DNA of 60,000 nucleotides, taken from the NCBI RefSeq assembly GCF_018350175.1, contig NC_058383.1:18478001-18538000 (forward strand). The letters run 5' to 3'. Below the pieces are notes generated by a model. The model was not told the DNA's origin, did not search any database, and saw only the letters and a program-made list of their open reading frames with translations. Position 1 is the first letter of the stretch. Each line of letters begins with the position of its first letter. This DNA comes from Felis catus. Taxonomy: Eukaryota. Both the position numbers and the translations under genes were made by a program. Shown here piece by piece: positions 34,466 through 45,975 of the stretch.

Positions 34466-37324
34466 ATGTCCTTTTCGTTTGGTGGCCAGGGCCATTCCCT
34501 AGAGCAAGTGGGTGGCAGGGGGGCCTCCTTCACTGACCGCATCTCGGGGGTCATCAAAGATGTGCGGATGGAGGGAACCGAAAAGGTGGGAGAAGGACCT
34601 GACTCTGACCGAAAAGAGAGTGAAGTGAGTCGGGAAACCTTAAGATCGGAGAATCAGAGACTTAAAAGTCTTTGTAGTCATCTGGAAGAGAAGTATGAAG
34701 CCTCGGAGCTTCAAATAAAGCGGCAGACTCTTAGCTACCGACATCAGCTACAACAGAAAGAGGTAGAAATGAAACTTCTTAAAGTGAGACACATAGGGCT
34801 CAAGAACCAGTTGCTGGAGCTCCAATCAGCCCTTCAATCAACCACAGCGTCACCTTCCTTGGGTTACGGTATCGACTGCTTTGCTTCAGCTTCCCTGGGG
34901 GATGACCTGGACTTTGCTGACCTCATTTGGTCACAACAAGAAATGAGCAGACTGTCAAATGAAGTTTTAAGACTGGAGGCTGAAGTTAGCCATTGGAAGC
35001 ATTTGTCCCAGACTTCAGCACCGGGAGCGAATAGCGCCGAGCAAAATGAAATCTACAAACTGCAGGTTACCATCAGGGAACTTGAACGGAATCGAAATGA
35101 GGCAATTGATGACCATCAACTTGAAAAGGCAGTACTGCAGAACGTCTATCAACAGACACTGGCAGAAATACGTCGCAGGTACCATCAAAAGTCAAAAGGC
35201 TATGAAAAAAGAATCAAAGAACTGGAAAATCTGTTAGAGAAGGACGACTCTGGACTCAGAGCAGCTGATGAGTCTGTCATTGAGCATATGCAAAACACCA
35301 TTCAAGTGCTACAGACTGAAAAAGTGGAGTCTACCAGGAAAATTGAAGAACTTGAGGACACCGTCAAATACATCCATAGCAAATTATCTTCGGTAGAAAG
35401 TGAGAGAGATGCTTTAAGGAGAGAATGGGACCGGATACATGAGGAAAAGAAAGAGAGGACTGAAGAATGGGAATCGCAGCCTTCCGTTTGGAGGCAAAGT
35501 GATACAGTGACGGAAAAGGAAAGCGTTCTTTCCGAGAGTACAGCGGTGGAAGAAGTGTCTGGACTGCGGCCAGTGCTGTCCGATGCGGAAAAGGAGATGA
35601 CGCCACGGTGTAGCTTAACCCAGGGTGACAATCTCATTGGAGACGATCTGAAACTTGAAGAGCGAGTCTACCTTTTAGAACAAGGAAACTCATTAGGTCA
35701 AGGACGGGAAGCACTTCAACTGGCACTTTGGAAAGTGAGCCATGAGCAGGAAGTGACTGAACGTACGGCTCCAGGAGGCGTGAATTTGGATTCAGAAGGA
35801 GAGCATTTAAGATGTGACTTGGAGGCCGACGGACAAAAATCCACTCAGGGTAGGGCCGAGAAGGAACTCCCAACAGCAGAGCTGGGGGAGTTCGATGGAC
35901 AGAAACAAACCACGCAGCCCAGGGTTTTGATGAAAGGTCGGCTATCAGAACCACAAGATGAAGGCAACGGCATCAACGGCAACGTGGAACACGATCTCAA
36001 TGATGAAAAGAGAGCTCGTCCATTTGAAGATGAGCAAACGGACATAGCTAAAGAGTTAGATGCGCAAAATGAAGAATCACCTCCAAGTCAACTGGCTGTT
36101 AATGATTTGCATCGGTCAGATCCGTCGCAAACACAGAATTTAAACATCCCGAAGGAGAACGTTGAACTTAAGGAACATATTAAACAAGACGAGGAGGAGT
36201 CTGCTAGAGCTGAGAAGGAGCCAGCACAGTCTCTTAATCAAGACTCTGACAATACTGTTGAAGATGACTCCCTTCAAGAGAGGGAAACGACGGTTAGAAA
36301 GTTGCAGCAAAGCCTTTCAGAAATGGAAGAGCCGAATGGCAGTTTAAAGAAAGGTGCTTGCAATCTCAAGGTGGAAAATGGAAAGTCGGTTTCGGAGCCT
36401 GAAGACGTAAGAGGTCGGCTGGAAGAAACTACTGTCTGTAACCATAAGAATTCTCTGGAAACAAAATCTACTACGCAGGCCTTAAAAATAGAAAAAGGAC
36501 AGTTAATCGTAAAATTGTGCCGGGCTGAAAAGAAGGTGTTGGAGAAAACAGCCAGGGATGAGCAAGCTATTCAAGAACTGACCAACACGTATCACTTGTC
36601 TAAGTCCTCCTCCCACTTAGAGCAGGAGTGTTTAATTCAACGCAGTCAAGAGAAAGACGATGAAATACTACAACTCAAAAAGAGTGTTGAGCAGATGGAT
36701 GCCGACCATAGAGAAACTAAGGAAATGCTCTCCTCTGCTCTGGAGGAGCATAAGCGATTGACACCACTTATTAAAGAGAAAGACATCTGCATCGAAAAAC
36801 TTGAAAGAAGCCCAGAGCTCCAGGAGCTATTAGAGAAGTACGTCCAAGTCGTAAGAGAAAACGAAATTTTACAGCAAACCGTGGAGGAGCAAGACGTTCG
36901 TCTTGCATCCACCAGAGAAGAAAATGAATCTCTGCAAGACAAATTGGAGTTTCTGACAGAACTCAGCCAAACCGTACCTGTGGTCGACCTGGAAACGCAA
37001 GACCGTATCATGGAACTAGAATCCGAGGTGTATCAGCTGAATGTAGAAAGAGTTTCTCTGGTAGACGAAATCAAACAACAACAAAAGATCATTGAGGATC
37101 AACGCCAAGCTAAGCTGCAATGGCTTCGTGCTTTACAAGACCAGAAACGGAAGGTAGATGATCTAACACACCAGCGTGAGCAAGTGAACGTTCAACACGC
37201 TCAGCTCCTTTCAGCGAAAGATGAGGAGATTGAGATTTTGCAGAACACAATAGAGCAAATGAAAACCCAGATCCTTAGAAAACCCAGCACATTCCTACAA
37301 AACATTCTGATGTGTTTCAAGTAA
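34466..37324 (+). CDS. TRIP11/GMAP-210-like intronless retrogene ORF, 952 aa (N-terminal coiled-coil half, no GRAB domain)
   Basis: Uninterrupted ATG-to-TAA ORF with gcagcgATG context, colinear with the recalled TRIP11 N-terminal half ([88 protein letters not shown]). No introns. Expression cannot be shown from sequence. Confidence 0.75.
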   Translation: [952 protein letters not shown]

Positions 37325-37429
37325 CAACGATTCAGCATCTTCCTATAGAAAAACGGAAGTGAAAAGCATAATTTATCTAAAGCTGAAACTGAAAGATTAA
37401 GTAAAAGGAACAAAAGGCCAAGAATTGGA

Positions 37430-37471
<42 letters not shown>

Positions 37472-40330
37472 GAGATTAAACTCCTCACTGAAAAGAACAT
37501 CTCATTGACTGAACAGACTGATCACCCATCCAAAGATGACACTGGTACACTAACTCAGATTATCTGGCAAAAACATTTGGAGACAGAGGACCGCCCCAGC
37601 AGGACGTCTGCGGCTTCCTACAACCAGAATGTGGCAAACCTTCAGCAGCAATTGCAAGGTATGCTTTGGAAAGAGAACAAGTATTAGCTGCCTTACAGGA
37701 GAACTAGGGAAAACAGCAATCTGAACAGAGAGTACCACAAAATGACAGATAGAATGGTTGCCAAAGAAGCATATCTCATGAAGCCGTAAGATGAAAATAT
37801 TCACTAGAATCGAGTCTAGCGACCAGAACGTGTTTAGAGAAACGATTCAGAATTTATCACACGTTATTCAAGAAAAAGACATTGAAGTGGATGCATGAAG
37901 GCAGAAATGTCAGGCTTTATTGGCCATTTTGCAAACATCCGGCACTGCTGATGAGGTTACAGGTGTTAGTATCGCTGGGGTCAAGGAGCTTCTACAGGAA
38001 CGGGACACATGAAAACAGCAGGTTAAGATCATGGAAGAATGGAAATAGCACCTGATGACTTCGGTACGAAATACGAAGCGGGAGTCACCCCAGCTTCAGA
38101 AACATCCTCAACAACTTCAGCCGAGGGTTCTGACTGACAGCGACAATAATCCTAGGCTACAGATGACCTGTATTGGCCTGGTCCAGAGTCACGAAGGAAA
38201 CGAAATCAAACTAAAAAAATTCAGAGACAGGACTGACACAAACGCAGCTTAGCACCGCGGAGCTCTGCCATGGCAAGGATCTGCTTTCAGGGAAATTCGC
38301 CATCCTTTCGTTCCAGCCCTCCCCCGAATCATCCGAGTTAGCAGGCTCTCTCAAGGCAATGAAGTCTGACGTATCGAGTGAGGCTTCTCGATTGCTCCAT
38401 TAGGAGGCAGAGGAGCTCAGAAAGTCAAGGCAGGAAAAAAGATGCCACAATGAGAACCCTCCAGGACGACAACCAGAGACTGTCTGCTTCGACTGCTGCC
38501 CCTCCAGAACTGGAAAGAAAACAACACGAACACCCCGATTCGGAGATCAAGCAGCTCAAGGAGAAGCGAGATGTTTTACCAAACTAACTTCGGGAAAAAC
38601 AGCTCCTGGTTTCCCAAAGCAGAAAACGTGATGAATTGCTTCCCCTGAACGAGAGTTTCACCCGCGAAGTGGGTGAAAGGAACTTTGGAGGCAGGCAGTA
38701 ACAAAAATGAAGGAGAGAATATCAAATTTTGAAATGGACGTGTGTAAACTAAAACAGGACAATGAAACAAGAGTGGAAACGTCTAGAGACCGGGAGACAC
38801 AAAATCAAGCGCTACCAGAGACAAACACGCAGCTTTTAATGGTGCAGAGAGAGGAAGAATCCTAGCGTGCTCCGACGAAAGAGAAGGTGCTTGCTTTGAA
38901 AGGGCTACTGAAAGACAAAGAACAGGGCAAGACCGGGGAATTACATCAGCTTGTAAATGCAGTTACATCAATTCAGGACAAGACAGCCATGTGCCAGCGG
39001 GAAGAGAGATGAAGTCATGTGGCCCCGGAACAAAGAAATGGAAACCCGTGCCCTCCAGAATGAGATCCAACGTCCACGTGAAAAAGAACGACACCTAAAG
39101 CAGGAGCGCCACGCTCTGGGATCCGAAGATTCTCGTAAGCGCGGTGCTTTGGCCGCAGAACACGGAGCGGCTAAACTAACAAAGATGACCATGTATTGGA
39201 GGAGAAGCTAGTTGTGTCTTCCAACGCAATGGACAATGCGAGCCATCGAGCCAGTCCGCAGACAGCGTCACCGCCGGAGCAATTACACGTGGTCACCAGG
39301 CAAAAAGATGAAAGCGTATTCTGGCTTTCTACCTCCCAGGAACAAGAAAAAAGCGGCACGCTGGAGCACTAGCTAAGCTAAAGCTGGAAGCAGCCGAATG
39401 GATGGAAAAAGCGGACACCCTACAAGGAAAACTGATGTCACTGCAGGGACAATTAACCGAAGCGGATGCTGTCTTGGATCCGAAGGAAGACCAAACTGAA
39501 GAATGCAAAACGCAAAATGAGGTCCGACAGGAAGTACCGGATGATGCGCACAAGAAATTAATGAACTCACTGACGCCGAGAGGTGGATAGAATCTTGATA
39601 AGGAAACTCTTAACTGGATACGTTCAAGCACAGGAACACGGACGTCGTGAAGCTTTATGGCTGATGGGATGCAGCCTGGGTATCAAACAGGAAGAAATGA
39701 GGAACAAGGTGGTGTCACCGGATGGATGACTGGGTGGTTTGGACCCAAAGGTGCCCCCAACACACCTGTGAAACCGAATCACCAATCCACGCCCAGTAAC
39801 TCTTTTCCAGGACTTTTGGTAAACATTCTAAAGACAGAACCTCAATTAGCTTTTCCACCGCCCAAGCTCCCTGCTCATGACACGAAGCCTCCAGACTCAG
39901 CAGGACTGAGCATTGGCGTTAGAAAAAGTACCACCATGTCTTAAAACTACCCTTGGATCCACACCCAGAAACACAGATGGGATTTCCCAAGCCACGGCCA
40001 CTGCTGTGTCTCTTATTAACCCACCTGGACCGGAAACGGATGGGGGTGGGCATCATCTTCTAAATGCCGTGACTGACACTTTGCCCACGTACAACACCAT
40101 TAATACTGTCACCTGGGAAGAGGACTGACCTGGCCAAAGACCTTTCAAAGCAATACAGGATTCTTAAGCCAGAGAGGACACGGTACTTGAAAGAAACCAA
40201 GTCACTATGCGTGTGTACCTTATCACAAAATGGCCTTTTGCGAAATGTAATAGATTTATAGCTTTGGTTTAAGTTAAATAAAAATGTTCTTCATATTTGA
40301 AGAGACTGTCTTTTAAGGACTGCAGAGGTA
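37325..40330 (+). pseudogene. Decayed 3' half and 3'UTR of the TRIP11 retrocopy
   Basis: Recognisable TRIP11 fragments in shifting frames: [73 protein letters not shown], and terminal LAKDLSKQ at ~40130-40153. Many stops and frameshifts; aataaa near 40277. Confidence 0.9.
37420..37477 (+). mobile_element. Poly(A)-only retrotransposon insertion (A31) with a 14-bp target-site duplication
   Basis: aagaattggagatt (37420-37433), then t and A31 (37435-37465), then aagaactggagatt (37464-37477). The parental ELEI codons are duplicated. Confidence 0.75.
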
Positions 40331-40362
40331 TTCACCAAACTGAATACTACTATGCTACTTAT

Positions 40363-40661
40363 GGGGCACCTGGGTGGCTCAGTCGGTTGAGCGTCCGAAA
40401 AAGAGCTCAGGTCTATAGGCAGGAGGGAGCAGGAAGAAGGAAGTAAAACAAAGGTGGGTTGGTTATTGCAAGGTTCCTTTCCTTTAGGGGATGTAAGGGG
40501 CTTATCATGCAGATGACCTGACTCATGATGATCAGGCTAGTCAACGGTTTAAGGTTCCCTTTCTGGGAGAGCCAAAACTGGAATTACGTTAAGCCTTAGT
40601 TTGGTGGAGTGGGACTTAGCATAAGCGACTCCAGTTTGGGGATGCTGTCTTGTCTTTAACA
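40363..40661. mobile_element. Truncated SINE head (40363-40397) joined to an LTR-like fragment
   Basis: ggggcacctgggtggctcagtcggttgagcgtccga stops abruptly. The following sequence ends in tctttaaca, the reverse complement of a TGTTA-type LTR start. Confidence 0.5.
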
Positions 40662-42597
40662 CTCTCAAGGTGGAAAGAACCAGCACTGGAAAGGCTCGCC
40701 CAGTTGCCACTAGAGAAGGAGGGGCATCTGCTTCAGGGCTCTGCACTAAAGCACCCCTAAAGCACCAGGGGTCAAGTGGGGCCTTAAGTACAGTCTATGC
40801 TTTCCTGACCAAAGCACATTCCCTGGTTCAGGGCTGAAGGTGCCAGGGGAAAGAGACACATTTTCCTCCAAGAAGGAGCCCTCCCATTGCCAAGCTGTGT
40901 GGCCACGGGGTTGTGTCCACCCAGAGGGGGCACATCTTGCAAATCCACTCAAAGGCATTATAGAAGCTAGCAGCAAGCCTGAGCTGTACCACCACCCCTG
41001 CACCACTGTGGCCCCTCCGATCTCTACGACCCCTCAGAACACGGAGGACAGGTTCCTATGGATCCCATCCCCGAATCAGGCTTACCCTGACAGGTCACCT
41101 GAAGAGCAATCTTTTGTTCATTATGAATCACAAATCATTTGCAAAATAGGAAGCTGCCTAAATGCTGGCATGAGCCCCCCGTGAACTGCTGTAGGAGGCA
41201 GATGGTTGCCAATTAAGGTAGGACTCGGCCATCATGGATTCAGTAGGGCTTCCAACGGGGTGCCTCAAACAGGCTGTGTTCACGCGCCGAGAGGCTCCAG
41301 CTCTAAATGCCGAAGCACCTTCGCCCTGGCCTGTCCTTGTCGTTTCCAGAGCTGACAGAAGCCCAGCTGTGGATGTTCAGGGACATCTTTGGGCAGAATA
41401 CCAAGCCTCGCAGCAGTCAGCCCCTGTTCCATTAAGAGAAGAGAGGACTGATAAATGTTCGGTTTACTTGCATCCCCTCAGATATCCAACACAAGGGAGA
41501 CAATAATCTCACACATTCTGAAGTAACTTAAACTCATTAAAATTGAAAAAAAGAAAGAAGGGAAGAAAGCATTCTGCACCAATGAGCTGACACAGAGAGC
41601 AGGGATTTGGTGACGTCACACACCAAGCCAAAGATGGGGCTCAGAAAAGACAGGAAACCCACTCGGGACACTTAAAAGTATGACCACTCAGCTAGCTAGC
41701 TCACCAACTAACCAGACAGGCAAACCAGGACCAGGAGATCAGTCTCAAACACCCTGTGAAGTCAGGATGGACGGTTGAGTGCTGTTCTCAATGTTAAACC
41801 CGAATGAATTATCCTGGAGGAGGGAGAACTGCTATCAATTAAACAAACAATATGCTGATAAAAGAGCTGTGTGATGATAACCGTTAAGCACATTTATTCA
41901 TGCCCTCTGTTCAAGACATAGGCTCCTCATCTGTCACAGTCACACAGACATGATGTACGTACTTGCTCTGATGCCAGCAGATACAAAGCCCCTCCCCCTC
42001 GGCACGCACACCGCTCACCCGAGACACCCAGGGAAAGGGCCTCCACACGCCGACCCCACGTGCACCTTCATCCATTCCCCCGCCTCAGAGCCACACGTAC
42101 CAGTGGCCAGCCTCTTCATGCCTAGCAAGATGATGGAACGTTCTGCAAAGCTGGTGGGGTCACTCTACTCCTCAGGAAGGTGCCACCTCCTGTGGCCTTG
42201 TGTGGCCCCTGGCTTGGGTCATGGCACTGCAAGCACTGCTCTGCTCCCCCTAAGGGTGTAAGGACCCTGTTGACCTGAGGCTCCAGGCTGGCCATCCACA
42301 AGTCAGTACCTGTGATCTATCCTAGGCTGTGAGGACCCGGGGAAGACACAGGAAGACACCCACTTCTGTCCTCTGGGAAGTCATGCTGCTCTGTTCTCTG
42401 TGAAACAGAGAGTTATAAATGCAGAAGGAACCAGCCAGACTGGGGATATAAACAAGGGCAGCTGGCTGGGTGGCCCCCCGTGAATGAAGCCCTAGGCCCC
42501 GTTTAAAGATGACAGATGCTGCTCAAGCCCTAGATTAGAAGAGAAGCTAGAACTAGGATTTTCAAAGGAACGCTCCTCATTAAAAAAAAATGCTATC

Positions 42598-42776
42598 AGG
42601 ACACATGGGTGGCCGTCAGCTGAGCGTCTGACTTCGGCTCAGGTCATGATCTCAATGTGGATGGGTTTGAGCCCCACATCAGGCTCTGTGCTGAGAGCCC
42701 AGAGCCTGAAGGCTGCTTAGGATTCTGTGTCTCCCTCTCTCTCTGCCTATCCTCTACTCACGATCTGTCTCTCAAA

Positions 42777-42811
<35 letters not shown>

Positions 42812-42840
42812 AATGTTGAAATGAAAAAAAATAAATGTTA
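42598..42840 (+). mobile_element. CanSINE with (TAAA)n tail
   Basis: TSD aaatgctatca on both sides. Confidence 0.88.
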
Positions 42841-45229
42841 GAAATGCTATCAAATTCTGTAAATCTCCCCTTTTCCAAGATGAAACACATCTATTTGCAA
42901 CTTGGTCTCTTGTCCCAAAGATCTGGTGAATCATAGCTTTTCTGTACTTGACGATGCCGTTTTGGTTAATCTTCATCATCAACAGCTCTTCTGGTTATTG
43001 CTCGTGTGCAAAAAATTCGTGGTCACAATGTTTCTGATGGGGCTTTCCACACATGACAACTGTCTTGGACCTCAGCGCAGAAATAATGTTCATGCGAACC
43101 TGTGCTCCTTCCGGAGTTTTCTTTTTCTCTACCCCCAGTGTACCCACCTGTACCCTGGACTCCCTGCACTGATCTGCACTGACCTCACGGTAACACAGAT
43201 GTTGAGGAACGATGGGGCCTTTTACACTTTACAGGATCTGTTGATTGTCATCCACCCAGAGAACCTTCTCAAACATTTGTGATACAGAAGGTCCAAAGGA
43301 GAGCTTGACGGGTTAGGGGAATTTCTAAGGAAGGGGGCCTTCTTAAGTTCCCAAAAGCCTTCTAGGGTGGCATTTGCTTTTTCTGTTCACAATACAGCTC
43401 TCAGTTTATTGGGCTCAAATACCGTCCAGACTCTGACATCGGACCCATTTCTGAGGTGGACTTACCGAAGTAAAGGCTCGCATGGAAGGTGTCATTTCAA
43501 AGCATTCATTTACAATGAGAAATACAATTGTTCATTCAAGCCCAATGGCCAGCACCATCTTTACTGGAGAGAAAGCCACATGGGAAGCCAAACTATAACT
43601 AACAGTTTGCCGATGGGGGGAAAAATGAATTCGATTCGCCTCAAACGGAGTAGCCACGCTGAGTCCGGCCAGAAGCCAGGGCCTCTGGCTTCTCATTCAT
43701 CTGCTAAATGTCACCATGCGTTCTCAAGAGAAAGAATACTGTAGGCAAAATCACACTTTGTACCGAAAGGCTTTTGTCCCAAATCGAAACCGTGTGGCCC
43801 AGTTTAGAGGCAGGCCGAGGTCCTACTCCAGGGTCAGCAATTCTTCCTCCCTGGCCTCTTCTCTCACATTTACTGCTTGATCTGGGGGCTTGTGGAAGAC
43901 CCAGAGACACAGCGCTCAGGTTCCCCTTCAGAAGCAGCAAACTGCCGTGGCAAGAACAGGAATCACTGACAGCCTCCATCTGGCAGCTCCTCCCAGGTAC
44001 TTAGATTGGAACCAAGGTAACACTTTTTGTGGGTTGCTCCTTGGCCAAGACTGAGAAGTATGGCAGTACGAGGGGCTGGCCGTTTCTGCCCAGTGCAGGA
44101 CTCCTCTAATGGGCAACCTGGGCTCTGGAGCACCCTCTACTCTGGAAGTCCCCTGGGATTCTGGACATTCTGGAGAAGAGACGGGAACTCCTCGAGAGGA
44201 ACAAGACATCGAGAGGATCCAAGGAAGAGGTGACCTGGGCTTGCCTCTCTATAGCCCCAGAAGGATGTGCCGGCGTCTTGGCTGCAAAGACTCAGACCTC
44301 AGTGATGAACAGTATCTTTATTCCAAAGTCCTCTGCTGCGATTGTGGTGTCCTGAGCAGGTCTTTTTCCAGTTTCAGTGAAGCAATTCCTTCCAGAAACA
44401 GTCTAATGGTACTTCCAAATCCTCCAAGCTGGGTAACCAGGGGGATTTGATTAGACATATTTATTCTACAATCCAGCATCTCACAAGACATCCAGAAGCT
44501 TCTTGTAAGCTGCCTCTCCTGCCTGCCTCCCAGGCAGAATTCTCATGTTGCTTCTCAGACATTAAAAATAAAGTGAAAAAGCTCCTGTTGTGCAGGATGA
44601 AACCGTCTGAGCTGAAAGGTTCCTGCTTCCACCCCAGCCAGTTGGTAGACATGCCTGTCTTCCACCTCCTTCCTGTCTGTGTAAGTCCCCTTGTGGCTGG
44701 GAGCCTTTCTCGGCCATGGTCAAACGGACTTTAGATCTGCCGGGCTGAGGCCGTGGTTGAAATGTAACACAAAACAACCCTCCTTCTATTTTCATTTCTA
44801 TTAGACCTTTCTAATGGTTCCTTCTTGAACTGACGCTGAAATGGCTAAAGACTGATCATAATAGAACATTTCATTGCTTACTTGTCTAACTCTCTCAGCC
44901 CTAATGAAATATTGTGTTTTCACTGAGCAGCTTACATGGTGTTTTCTTCCCGTCACTGAAGAGAGCAAGGGGGCTGAGGCAGAATTCAGATGAGCCCCTG
45001 CTCACTTGGTGTTCTCATCCTAGTCATTTTTCATCCGACAGCGAGGAACAGAGCCCTCTGGAGGGAGAATCACAGAGTTCTGGGCAACAAGCTTTTGGAC
45101 ATGATCCCATGCAGGTCCTCAGAGAGGAAGAAGGCGGCTGAAGAGGAGTTACCGGAGACCATGTCACCCTGTTGGGATTCCTAGACGGGGTGCAGGCTCT
45201 GGGTGTTAAAGGCTGGTGTTGGAGCCACT

Positions 45230-45975
45230 CCAGTTACCTTTCTTCACACACCCCCTTCTCACTGCCTATGGTGTCACCTCCGTGCCATCCCCCGGGTGCA
45301 CACCACCCTCCTCTGTCACCAGATCATTCCAGAAGCCTCTTGACTGACCCGTGTTTATCCCAGCTTCACTACAGTCTGCTTCCAGCACAGCAGCAAGAGG
45401 TCTTTCGTGTCCCTCTCCATCTGAGGACCCTCCAGTGGCTCCCAGATCACTTAGAAGAAAGCCAGGGTTCTGACCACAGCCTCCACCCCCACTCTTCCCT
45501 CTAACCTCGCCTCTTAGCGTTCACCCTTTGCTTGTTCAGCTCCAGCACTACTGACCTCCTACCTCAGATATTCTTCACGTGCTTCCTCTTTAGGGCTTTT
45601 CACTTGCCATCCCCTCTACTGGAACAGAACTCTCCTGGAAACCTGCGGGGTTCACTCCCTCATACTTTATCCAAATGTCATCATTCAATGGGGCCTCTAC
45701 CCCTTACATACTCCCTAGCCTCCATCTCTGCCTCAGTTTTCTCCATAGACTTTACTACTGACACACACTTTAGTTCACCTACTTATTTTGTTTACTGTTG
45801 ACCCACCTTACTGGGATCTTAGCTCTAGGAGGGCAAGGATTTTCCTCTGTTGTTTTCACTGCTGAATCGTCAGTGCCTAGAAAAATGTCCAGCACTAATT
45901 AGGTGTGCAAATACATATTTTTTTGAGTGACCAGAGTACATAAATCAATGGAAACATGCATAAATGAATGAACAG
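45230..45975 (+). mobile_element. L2 3' region relic
   Basis: Pyrimidine-rich L2-like body ending gagggcaaggattttcctctgttg...gtgcctag...aaatgaatgaa. Confidence 0.6.

Noticed and set aside
43900..45185. Scattered exon-like, protein-looking pieces on + (e.g. GILDILEKRRELLERNK; RALWRENHRVLGNKLLDMIP)
   Set aside because: I could not build a consistent splice or frame model or name a homolog. It would need BLASTX or RNA-seq.
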